Of a DNA stretch of 64,000 nt, positions 17,571-25,064 are shown one piece after another. How positions within the stretch are numbered: position 1 is the first letter of the stretch; each line of letters begins with the position of its first letter. The translations under genes were made by a program, and so were the position numbers. The stretch is from the IMG/VR virus record IMGVR_UViG_3300025896_000021; one strand, given 5' to 3'. The notes under the pieces were generated by a model. It was given only the letters and a program-made list of their open reading frames with translations, was not told the origin of the DNA and did not search any database. The stretch is from a virus (lineage: Duplodnaviria; Heunggongvirae; Uroviricota; Caudoviricetes).

Positions 17571-18099
17571 ATTTTGACGTGGTGTCTAATGTTGTACTTG
17601 AGTAGGCTTTCACGAACTCAGTATTATTTTTGAAGAAGCTAGTATGCTCCATGATGATCCAATCACCATGCTTCTTACTACTATAGAATACGCAGTTGTC
17701 TGCTTTCCATGTTAGTTTGCCTTGGACAGCGACATATTGACCCTTGCGATTGAACTTCATAAACAAAAGATTCAAATCACCGTCGTCTTCTACATCAAGT
17801 AGCTGTTCTAGCCACGAATCAAGTTGTTTGCACTCACCCGAAAGAGTTAAGTGCCACGGAAAGTCAGCATAGAATTTGCATTCTATATTCATTTTACTGA
17901 AACTTTGTCCTGGAACAATGTCTCCCTTGAATGAACGTATCTGACCTTCGTGCAAGAACTGAGTTCTTGATTGATTCTTGCCACCCACATAAGCACCAGA
18001 ACCAGGAGCACGGATGAATGATTCTCCGTACAATTCAGAAAGAAATTTTGCAACTTCTCTCTCGTATCCTGATCCTTTGTTCTTCTGCGGTGATGACAT
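17569..18099 (-). CDS. Holliday junction resolvase, Hjc-like PD-(D/E)XK nuclease
   Basis: KNKGSGYEREVA...GSGA...GDIV...IECK; start set at MSSPQ, 5 nt after GATAAGTA (18105-18112). Confidence 0.85.
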   Translation of the reverse strand: MSSPQKNKGSGYEREVAKFLSELYGESFIRAPGSGAYVGGKNQSRTQFLHEGQIRSFKGDIVPGQSFSKMNIECKFYADFPWHLTLSGECKQLDSWLEQLLDVEDDGDLNLLFMKFNRKGQYVAVQGKLTWKADNCVFYSSKKHGDWIIMEHTSFFKNNTEFVKAYSSTTLDTTSK

Positions 18100-18133
18100 A
18101 CTATTACTTATCACTAGTGAATCGTGTCCGTAA

Positions 18134-20206
18134 TTATTCCATCTCGCTACTAGTAGCGTATGACGTAAATCCGTTTTCCTTGATAACTTTCAGCACGTTT
18201 GGTACACGTCCAGCTAGTTCTTCACGGTGAGACACAAGCCAAATCGACTTATGACGCCTGCGAGACATATCTTTCAGGATAGCAATAGAGTTTTCAACTC
18301 CAATCGTGTCCAATCCACTGTCAATCAATTCGTCAATGAACAATGTGTTGATAGGTTGATACAAGTTTTCCCAAACATCACGAAATGCAAAACTCAACCC
18401 TAAGATTAAGCGATTGCGTTCACCGCGACTCAAGTTATCAAAGTCAAGTTCACGACCCAACTCAGTAATTTCAACTTGCAAGTCGTTTTTAAACACAACT
18501 TGATGGGGTAGACCGATCTTATCCAAGTAATGCGTCAATCGTGCATTCAGGTATGACAAGTTCTGGTCAATGATCTTCTTACGAACGAACGAATCCTTAC
18601 TTGTCAGAATGTCTAACAAGAACTTTTGATGTTCCATAGTCTTTGTCAGTTTGTTGATCTTTTCAAAATCAATTGCTTGCAATGCATTTGCTTCCATTTC
18701 GGCTACTTGTTCCGAGTATGGATCAAGTTCACTTGCTTTGGTATCAATTTGTTGCAACAGATTGGCAATCTTGCTGCGATGTTCAATTGCTTGAGCCTCT
18801 GTATCATAATGTGTGATAGGTTGACGACCAATATCAACTACTGTATGCTCTGACAATTGTTCAGCAAACGGATTAGTCTCTAATTGCTTGTCTTCGTAAA
18901 TTTTCTTCAAGTTGGCCAAGTCACCGCTATGACGAATTGCTTCTGCTTCTGTTTTATACAGAGTAGTAGGTTGCGGTCCTAGTTCTTTAACCAGTAACAC
19001 GCTGTCAATTAGTAAACCTGCTAACTCTGCAAGCTGTGCAGTGGCAGTGGCAAGCATTTCTTGTTTGTCAGTCAATACTTTTGTATGACCGTCATCATGG
19101 AAGTCTTGACCGCATGCATAGCAAGTATGTTCTTCAAGTGACCGAACCTCTTTTTCAAGTTTAGAAATTAATTTTTTTTCTTTTTCTATGCTTTTGGTTT
19201 GGGTATCAATTGTAACGGCAAGATTGTTTTGAGTAGTAGATTCACGTATCCACTCTTTCAACTTAGCCCATGCTTCAAGTTCAGTTTCAATGTTGTAGCG
19301 ATTCTTATCTAAGTAAACACGACCGGCAACTTGCACATCACTGTCATTCTTTTGTTGCCATGCAATAGAACGAGCGAATAATGCACCATACGCATCCTGT
19401 TGCTTTTTCTTCTCGGTGTAAACTGAAAGTTCTTTGTGTGCTAACAATTCACTATCAATATCAATCTTACTTAACTCGTCATAGTCTAGTGCAAGCGTGT
19501 CCAAGTCTTCATCATGGCGCTTTAGCCAAAGCATTTGTCTACGCTTTAGCGCATCAATTTGTTCCTTAACTCGTTTGTTAGCTTCTTCAACTGCTTTGAC
19601 ATTGAATTCTTCTTGCTGTATACCATCTTTGCTAGCCTTTATCATGTTTTTGATAACTTCAGCTTTCTCTGATAGCAGTGTGATACCCATTAGTTGTTCA
19701 ATGATATCTTTTTGATCGTTATTCTTTAATGCAAGAAATGGTTCGGAGTAAGTGTTCAGTACAACGATGTGACGGAACATGTCTGATGACATACATAGTA
19801 CTCGTTCAATATTTGCTTGAGTTTCTTTGTTCTCACCCTGTGCATCATCTTGATTCTTTTGTTGAACATCATTCACATAGAATCGCAACACATTGGGTTT
19901 ACGACCACGTTCAATCTTGTATTCAATACCATTAGCGTTAAACTCAAGTGTAACCATCATAGCCTTACCGTTTGTACGATTGACTAAGTTGTCTTTGCGA
20001 ATGTTGTTAATTGGAACACCGAATAGGGCATACGATAGCCCTTGAATCAATGTGGTCTTGCCTGTACCGTTACGAGCACCGTCACCACCTAAGTCTAAGT
20101 TCTCACCTAGAATAAGTGTTAAGTCTTTTTTGTCAAAGTCAACTGCCTGAGTTACGTTTCCGATTGATAGGAAATTTCGTAGTGTTATATTTTTTAGTGT
20201 AATCAT
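18134..20206 (-). CDS. gp46: Recombination endonuclease ATPase subunit (gp46/SbcC/Rad50)
   Basis: Walker A NGTGKTT, zinc hook CYACG, signature LSRGE, Walker B FIDELIDSGLD, H-loop VSH. Confidence 0.96.
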   Translation of the reverse strand: MITLKNITLRNFLSIGNVTQAVDFDKKDLTLILGENLDLGGDGARNGTGKTTLIQGLSYALFGVPINNIRKDNLVNRTNGKAMMVTLEFNANGIEYKIERGRKPNVLRFYVNDVQQKNQDDAQGENKETQANIERVLCMSSDMFRHIVVLNTYSEPFLALKNNDQKDIIEQLMGITLLSEKAEVIKNMIKASKDGIQQEEFNVKAVEEANKRVKEQIDALKRRQMLWLKRHDEDLDTLALDYDELSKIDIDSELLAHKELSVYTEKKKQQDAYGALFARSIAWQQKNDSDVQVAGRVYLDKNRYNIETELEAWAKLKEWIRESTTQNNLAVTIDTQTKSIEKEKKLISKLEKEVRSLEEHTCYACGQDFHDDGHTKVLTDKQEMLATATAQLAELAGLLIDSVLLVKELGPQPTTLYKTEAEAIRHSGDLANLKKIYEDKQLETNPFAEQLSEHTVVDIGRQPITHYDTEAQAIEHRSKIANLLQQIDTKASELDPYSEQVAEMEANALQAIDFEKINKLTKTMEHQKFLLDILTSKDSFVRKKIIDQNLSYLNARLTHYLDKIGLPHQVVFKNDLQVEITELGRELDFDNLSRGERNRLILGLSFAFRDVWENLYQPINTLFIDELIDSGLDTIGVENSIAILKDMSRRRHKSIWLVSHREELAGRVPNVLKVIKENGFTSYATSSEME

Positions 20207-20781
20207 GTGTTTAGTAATTCGTGTACTTCGGGGTTAAATCTAGCAGAAAATAATGCTCTGGGTTTATTGTGGGTAGTAACAGAACAATGAGGGATGCTTA
20301 CGTTAACCCAAGCTGGATTAATGACAGCCCATCTTCCTATTTCAGTGGGAATAGTTCCTGGTTTTATTGTGGGTGCATTGTTATATGAAGGTTCAGCTTC
20401 AACTAGATTAGATTCTAACATATCTGCGTCATACCATACTGTGTAACTATCTTCGCAATTCAATACTGGGATGTTTAAGCCATAACAAACAGTAGTCCAG
20501 TCAGACTGGTCAACGTGAATACGAAGATCCTCGCCGTGATTGTTGCTGCTGATACCGCATCCAGACCATCTAGAAAATAAGTCCAACTTCCTAAGCATTT
20601 TACAAAATAAGGGAGTGTATGACACCATTATAAATTTTGAAACAAATATAAAATCTGTAGGCTTGTTGTCAAAATCACTATCTATCCTGTATAAAAATTT
20701 AGTCAACTCAACTTGTATCGCAGCTAAATTATCTATCTGCACTGGTTTATATAACCAAGTGGGTTTACTCATTGGTATCAT
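20203..20781 (-). CDS. Putative 2OG-Fe(II) oxygenase/cupin-fold protein
   Basis: IHVD...LNIPV...IPH...PRALFSARF fits an HxD...H...R pattern; 4-bp overlaps with both gp47 and gp46. Confidence 0.55.
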   Translation of the reverse strand: MIPMSKPTWLYKPVQIDNLAAIQVELTKFLYRIDSDFDNKPTDFIFVSKFIMVSYTPLFCKMLRKLDLFSRWSGCGISSNNHGEDLRIHVDQSDWTTVCYGLNIPVLNCEDSYTVWYDADMLESNLVEAEPSYNNAPTIKPGTIPTEIGRWAVINPAWVNVSIPHCSVTTHNKPRALFSARFNPEVHELLNT

Positions 20782-21794
20782 AGATTGTTATAAATGTCTA
20801 GTAAAATCTTTTTGTCAAACGTAGCTGATTCAATACTGTTAATTTGGTCAATGACGATTTGGTCAACTGATTCAAACTTCAATCCATCAGCACCTGTAGT
20901 TTGTTCGGCCTGATCAACCTTCATGGGAATTAATGTCATTTCTCGTAGTCTGTGTTCTGGGATGAAACTTTCACGGATGAAGTTTGCTTCTTCATATGAA
21001 ATATCAATGTCAAGATGTACTCTAACATGACTATCAATCAATAGCAAGCCTTCAGGGTTTTCTAATACATCACTGAGTTTGTAAACTCTGAACAATGGTT
21101 GACGAGGCCAGCTATAGAAAGCAGGATCCTTGTCCCATTCTAATACCATCATGCCACGTGCGTCATCGCCTGCGTCAGCATAGTTATGTGGGAAAGCGTT
21201 ACCGATGTACCAAATGTTTTTCTTAGCTTGTCGTTTGTGAAAGTGCCCACTGAAGGTCATATCAAACCCAGCAAAGTGGTCACTGTTAAGTTCACCATGA
21301 TCGGGCATTTCAATCATAGCGTTCATAAAGAAGTTTGGCAACTCAAAATGACCAAACATATATTTGCCAGTCATCTTTTTAATTTGCTTGTAATCTTCTT
21401 GGACAAGCCAAGGTGCAATGACTACGTTACCTTCATTGAACCAATCGTTAACGATTGTCAAGTTTGGTAAGTGCTTCGCCCATTCAACACTGTGAATGTC
21501 ACGACGGTCACGATAGTACAAGTCATGGTTACCGGGGATGAAATATACATGGTCAAACGCCGCGCTTAGTTTTTCTAATGAACGTAGACCAAACTGTAAC
21601 GTGTGGATGTTGATACTAGCTCGGTGATGATTCCAATCACCTAAGAACATACAAGTTTCACAACCTTCAGCTTTCGCTTTGGTAATGAACCAATCTACAA
21701 AATTCTCACAATCTTGATTGTGCTGTAGACTATTTGACTTAAGACCGAAGTGGATATCGGTGAACACTGCTGCTTTTTTGAAAAGGTTACTCAT
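20778..21794 (-). CDS. gp47: Recombination endonuclease nuclease subunit (gp47/SbcD/Mre11)
   Basis: Metallophosphoesterase motifs DIHFG, LGD, GNHD, GHFE, SGHFH. Confidence 0.96.
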   Translation of the reverse strand: MSNLFKKAAVFTDIHFGLKSNSLQHNQDCENFVDWFITKAKAEGCETCMFLGDWNHHRASINIHTLQFGLRSLEKLSAAFDHVYFIPGNHDLYYRDRRDIHSVEWAKHLPNLTIVNDWFNEGNVVIAPWLVQEDYKQIKKMTGKYMFGHFELPNFFMNAMIEMPDHGELNSDHFAGFDMTFSGHFHKRQAKKNIWYIGNAFPHNYADAGDDARGMMVLEWDKDPAFYSWPRQPLFRVYKLSDVLENPEGLLLIDSHVRVHLDIDISYEEANFIRESFIPEHRLREMTLIPMKVDQAEQTTGADGLKFESVDQIVIDQINSIESATFDKKILLDIYNNL

Positions 21795-21800
21795 AAACGT

Positions 21801-21829
21801 AGTATATAGGAAGAGGGGCTGAAAAACAA
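21801..21829 (-). promoter_or_regulatory. Sigma70-type promoter for gp47 (TTGTTT-17-TATACT)
   Basis: Exact 17-bp spacer; the -35 lies inside inverted repeat 21812-21836; ATG begins 7 nt past the -10. Confidence 0.6.
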
Positions 21830-21849
21830 CCCCTCTGGTTAAATGAAAA

Positions 21850-22752
21850 TTATTCTTCGTAGCTAGTACTAGAACTTGCTTGGCGAGACCATGAAGGATT
21901 CAACCCGTTGATCTCCAAAATGTCATCACGAATGTTTTGATTTCGCTTTTCCGTATTTAGGACACGACAGAAACTATTTGTGATAGCTGCGGTGTAGTAA
22001 GCGAATGGGTTAGCACTTTTGGCTTCATTGAAACGCAAGCCGACATACGTGAGTTGTAAAATGGCACTATTGCGCATCTCATCATTGTACGTGTACCCGC
22101 GCCAATTGTACTTCATTGCATATTTTTCGCACATCATAATGTACATTCGGGCTAGTTTGTTAGTGATGTTTCCGTGATCCTTAGAGAACTCACCATCCTT
22201 AAGTGAACCTTTCCAATGACTCTTGCCAATGCATTGATAAGTGTTTGTAGCGTCTACTCTAAAGTGTTGGAATGGGGGAAAGTTAACCTTGACGTGAACC
22301 ATATCGTCAATTTCTGCTTTGGTAGTTGTATCTTCTAAGTCTGCAAACAGTTCGTCTGCATCACCTTCAATTTCAAAGATATCCTTAGCAGTTTTCTTTT
22401 TATCTGATTTGCGGGGTTGTTTTGGAGCAACTGGGACATGATCCCAGGTCATTACACGAAATACTAAGTCAGTCACTGGTATAGACAATGGATCAACTGA
22501 ATCTTTTTCCCCTGCCTCAAGTCCTAGCCTAGATGCTCGGGTTTCACGTGCTAACTGAATAGATTCGGGCGTACTAGCAAAAGCTAGACTTTCTTCAATT
22601 GGAGCTAGGGGCATGTCAACAATAAAATCGTAACGATGATCCTCGGGTGTTAGAAAGCAGCAATAGTCAGTTTTGCTAGTGTGAATTTCTTTTAGAATAT
22701 CTTTGTTGTTAAGATAATTGACTGGTTTTCGGGGCGCGGGTAATAATGACAT
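21850..22752 (-). CDS. gp55: Late-transcription sigma factor (T4 gp55 family) with a large insertion
   Basis: NYLNNKDILKEI, NWRGYTYNDEM, SANPFAYYTAAITNSF; canonical gp55-gp47-gp46 synteny. Confidence 0.9.
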   Translation of the reverse strand: MSLLPAPRKPVNYLNNKDILKEIHTSKTDYCCFLTPEDHRYDFIVDMPLAPIEESLAFASTPESIQLARETRASRLGLEAGEKDSVDPLSIPVTDLVFRVMTWDHVPVAPKQPRKSDKKKTAKDIFEIEGDADELFADLEDTTTKAEIDDMVHVKVNFPPFQHFRVDATNTYQCIGKSHWKGSLKDGEFSKDHGNITNKLARMYIMMCEKYAMKYNWRGYTYNDEMRNSAILQLTYVGLRFNEAKSANPFAYYTAAITNSFCRVLNTEKRNQNIRDDILEINGLNPSWSRQASSSTSYEE

Positions 22753-22777
22753 AGGTCTCCGTTGTTATGTTAAGAAT

Positions 22778-22806
22778 AGTGTAACACATTTGTTGCAGAA
22801 TAGCAA
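22778..22806 (-). promoter_or_regulatory. Sigma70-type promoter for gp55 (TTGCTA-17-TACACT, extended -10 TG)
   Basis: 17-bp spacer, TGn extension; inverted repeat GTTGC-N6-GCAAC (22792-22807) overlaps the -35. Confidence 0.6.
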
Positions 22807-22839
22807 CCGATTTATGAGCAAAAGGTAAAAAGACTACTA

Positions 22840-22856
22840 TATTTAGCAGATAAATA
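22840..22856. promoter_or_regulatory. Back-to-back late promoters: CTAAATA (-, 22840-22846) and GATAAATA (+, 22849-22856)
   Basis: Motifs in the divergent gap between gp55 and the baseplate operon. Confidence 0.6.
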
Positions 22857-22877
22857 TAGATAAGGACAACAATAACT

Positions 22878-24764
22878 ATGGCAACGCTAACAAAAGAACA
22901 ACTTGCAGCCCAACTAAACTACCTACAATCAACCGGTGCGACTGATGCTCAAATTGGAGCAGCAATCACCGCAGCTGGCTACAATGAATCAGCCTTTACT
23001 ATAAGTATGGATGGAAAATTTGAGCCAGAGGGCTCTGGTAGTGGAATCAAGGTAGCGGGAGTGGACTATAATTCATATACTCCGGAACCAGAACCAGTAG
23101 TTGCATCTACATCAACGGCAAATACAAAAGTAACGAGCACTACCTCAGTAGTGGAAACTACATCAGGCGGAAGTTCTACTACGAATTACGCTCCACCGGC
23201 GACAATAAGTACAGACGCAAAAGCCAGCGCGAAACTAGCAAATCAACGCGCTGACGCATTTACCGCTAATACTTCAGGTAAATTTGGAGCAGGCACTATT
23301 GACAAAGCTGTCGCCACCGGAGCAATTACTGCCGATGAAGCTGCTGCATTAAAATCGGGTTCAATCAGTGAAGCAGATAGATTCGCCACTGCACAATCTT
23401 CTAGAGCCTCAGGCAAAGCAGCGGTTGATGCAGGGACCACTTCTTCTCCACCTATTGTCGCTACCACCGCAGAACCAAACACAACTGCAACCACAGTAAC
23501 TACTACTAAAGCGGCACAAGATCCACCTGCAACAATCACAGCCGCATCTGACCCGGCAACTGCCCCCAACACGACTACTATCACTAACGAAGATGGAAGT
23601 ACATCAGAAATAAGTACAGACATCAATGCCGGTACACAAACATTGACGCCGGTATCAGACAATCCAATTGCACAGTCTACCGAAACGTCAGTGACCGTTA
23701 GCCAAACTATAGAAAACACAACAAATGTAGTTGATGATACATATGTTGTACCAGCAGAAGAAGAACAAACATTCTCACCATTGCAGGAACCTCCGGGGGT
23801 AACAGGGGATGAATTTGATGGCATAGATCAACAAGTAGCAGATAATGAAAATGGATTGCAGGAACCACCTCAATTATCTGCTGAAGAGGTTGATGCATAT
23901 TTACAACAAGGTGGAGAACCGACACAAGATGAAGCGCCGTCAAGCGCAGCAACCAATGCAACTGGGGCATCACGCTCGCTGCCTCCTGTAACAGTCACTG
24001 CTAAGAAAAGCCCATTCACAGCCGATGACTGGAGAATACGATTAAGTCTTGCAGACACTGCAAACTATTTGTACAGAATCGCATCAAAAGCTGATATATT
24101 ATATCCATTGATTGCAACTGACGGTGTCGTCTTCCCGTATACACCTGCAATCAATACTTCTTATCGGGCAAATTATGATCCGGCAGAATTAACTCATTCT
24201 AACTACAAAATGTTTTTCTATAAAAATAGTAGTGTTGACGATATTACGATCACCGCAGATTTTACTGCACAGGACACTGCTGAGGCAAACTATATGTTAG
24301 CCGTGATTCACTTTTTTAAGTCAGCAACTAAAATGTTTTACGGTCAAGATACTGCACCAAGAGCAGGAACCCCTCCTCCGTTATTATATCTAACTGGATA
24401 TGGCACTAATCAGTTTGAACATCATCCTCTACTACTTACTAACTTTACATATAGTCTACCTAATGATGTAGATTACATTCGAGCGGGCAGCAACGCTCAA
24501 TGGGGCGGAATGTCTATTGCCCAATTATCGAGTGGTAGCAGTACGAGACTAAGTGCGAATGGGTTGACCGCCGGTGGAACGGCGGCACCGGCTGCGTTCT
24601 CAGGACTTGCTAGTAAAGACAATGTTACATATCTACCTACAAAAATACAATTAAGTATTAGCTTGGTACCAGTCGTATCTCGAAACGACATAAGTAAAAA
24701 CTTCAGCCTTAAGGATTATGCGGCTGGTAAATTGTCAGGTAAAACTGGCGGAGGAATTTGGTAA
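22878..24764 (+). CDS. Baseplate-tail tube cap/initiator-like protein (gp48/gp54-like C-terminal domain) with long low-complexity N-terminus
   Basis: C-terminal DWRIRLSL...VFPYTP...ITITADFTAQ...GTPPPLLYLTGYG; first gene of the baseplate operon, followed by a gp53-like gene. Confidence 0.65.
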   Translation: MATLTKEQLAAQLNYLQSTGATDAQIGAAITAAGYNESAFTISMDGKFEPEGSGSGIKVAGVDYNSYTPEPEPVVASTSTANTKVTSTTSVVETTSGGSSTTNYAPPATISTDAKASAKLANQRADAFTANTSGKFGAGTIDKAVATGAITADEAAALKSGSISEADRFATAQSSRASGKAAVDAGTTSSPPIVATTAEPNTTATTVTTTKAAQDPPATITAASDPATAPNTTTITNEDGSTSEISTDINAGTQTLTPVSDNPIAQSTETSVTVSQTIENTTNVVDDTYVVPAEEEQTFSPLQEPPGVTGDEFDGIDQQVADNENGLQEPPQLSAEEVDAYLQQGGEPTQDEAPSSAATNATGASRSLPPVTVTAKKSPFTADDWRIRLSLADTANYLYRIASKADILYPLIATDGVVFPYTPAINTSYRANYDPAELTHSNYKMFFYKNSSVDDITITADFTAQDTAEANYMLAVIHFFKSATKMFYGQDTAPRAGTPPPLLYLTGYGTNQFEHHPLLLTNFTYSLPNDVDYIRAGSNAQWGGMSIAQLSSGSSTRLSANGLTAGGTAAPAAFSGLASKDNVTYLPTKIQLSISLVPVVSRNDISKNFSLKDYAAGKLSGKTGGGIW

Positions 24765-25063
24765 TGCTATACAATCAAACAAGCCCATACTACACTACAC
24801 CTACATTCAATAACGAATTTTTAGATGTGATGGTCAATCGACCTATCCCACTAAATTCCTCAGACACTTACTGGGAAATAACACAGACCTATAACATGAG
24901 ACCTGATTTACTAGCGTATGACTTATATGCCGACAGTAGATTGTGGTGGGTGTTCGCACAGCGTAATTCAAATCGACTTAAAGATCCTATCTTTGACTTT
25001 GTTGCTGGGACTGGGATATATATTCCTCAGCTACCCAATCTTCGTGAGGCATTAGGATTCTAA
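24764..25063 (+). CDS. Baseplate wedge LysM-like protein (gp53-like)
   Basis: RPDLLAYDLYADSRLWWVF...IYIP; TAATG coupling with the upstream gene. Confidence 0.8.
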   Translation: MLYNQTSPYYTTPTFNNEFLDVMVNRPIPLNSSDTYWEITQTYNMRPDLLAYDLYADSRLWWVFAQRNSNRLKDPIFDFVAGTGIYIPQLPNLREALGF

Positions 25064-25064
25064 T

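Noticed and set aside
17402-17605. 67-aa plus-strand ORF across the structured region
   Set aside because: TTG start, no SD, runs through the microsatellite and overlaps the resolvase end; the RNA-structure explanation fits better.
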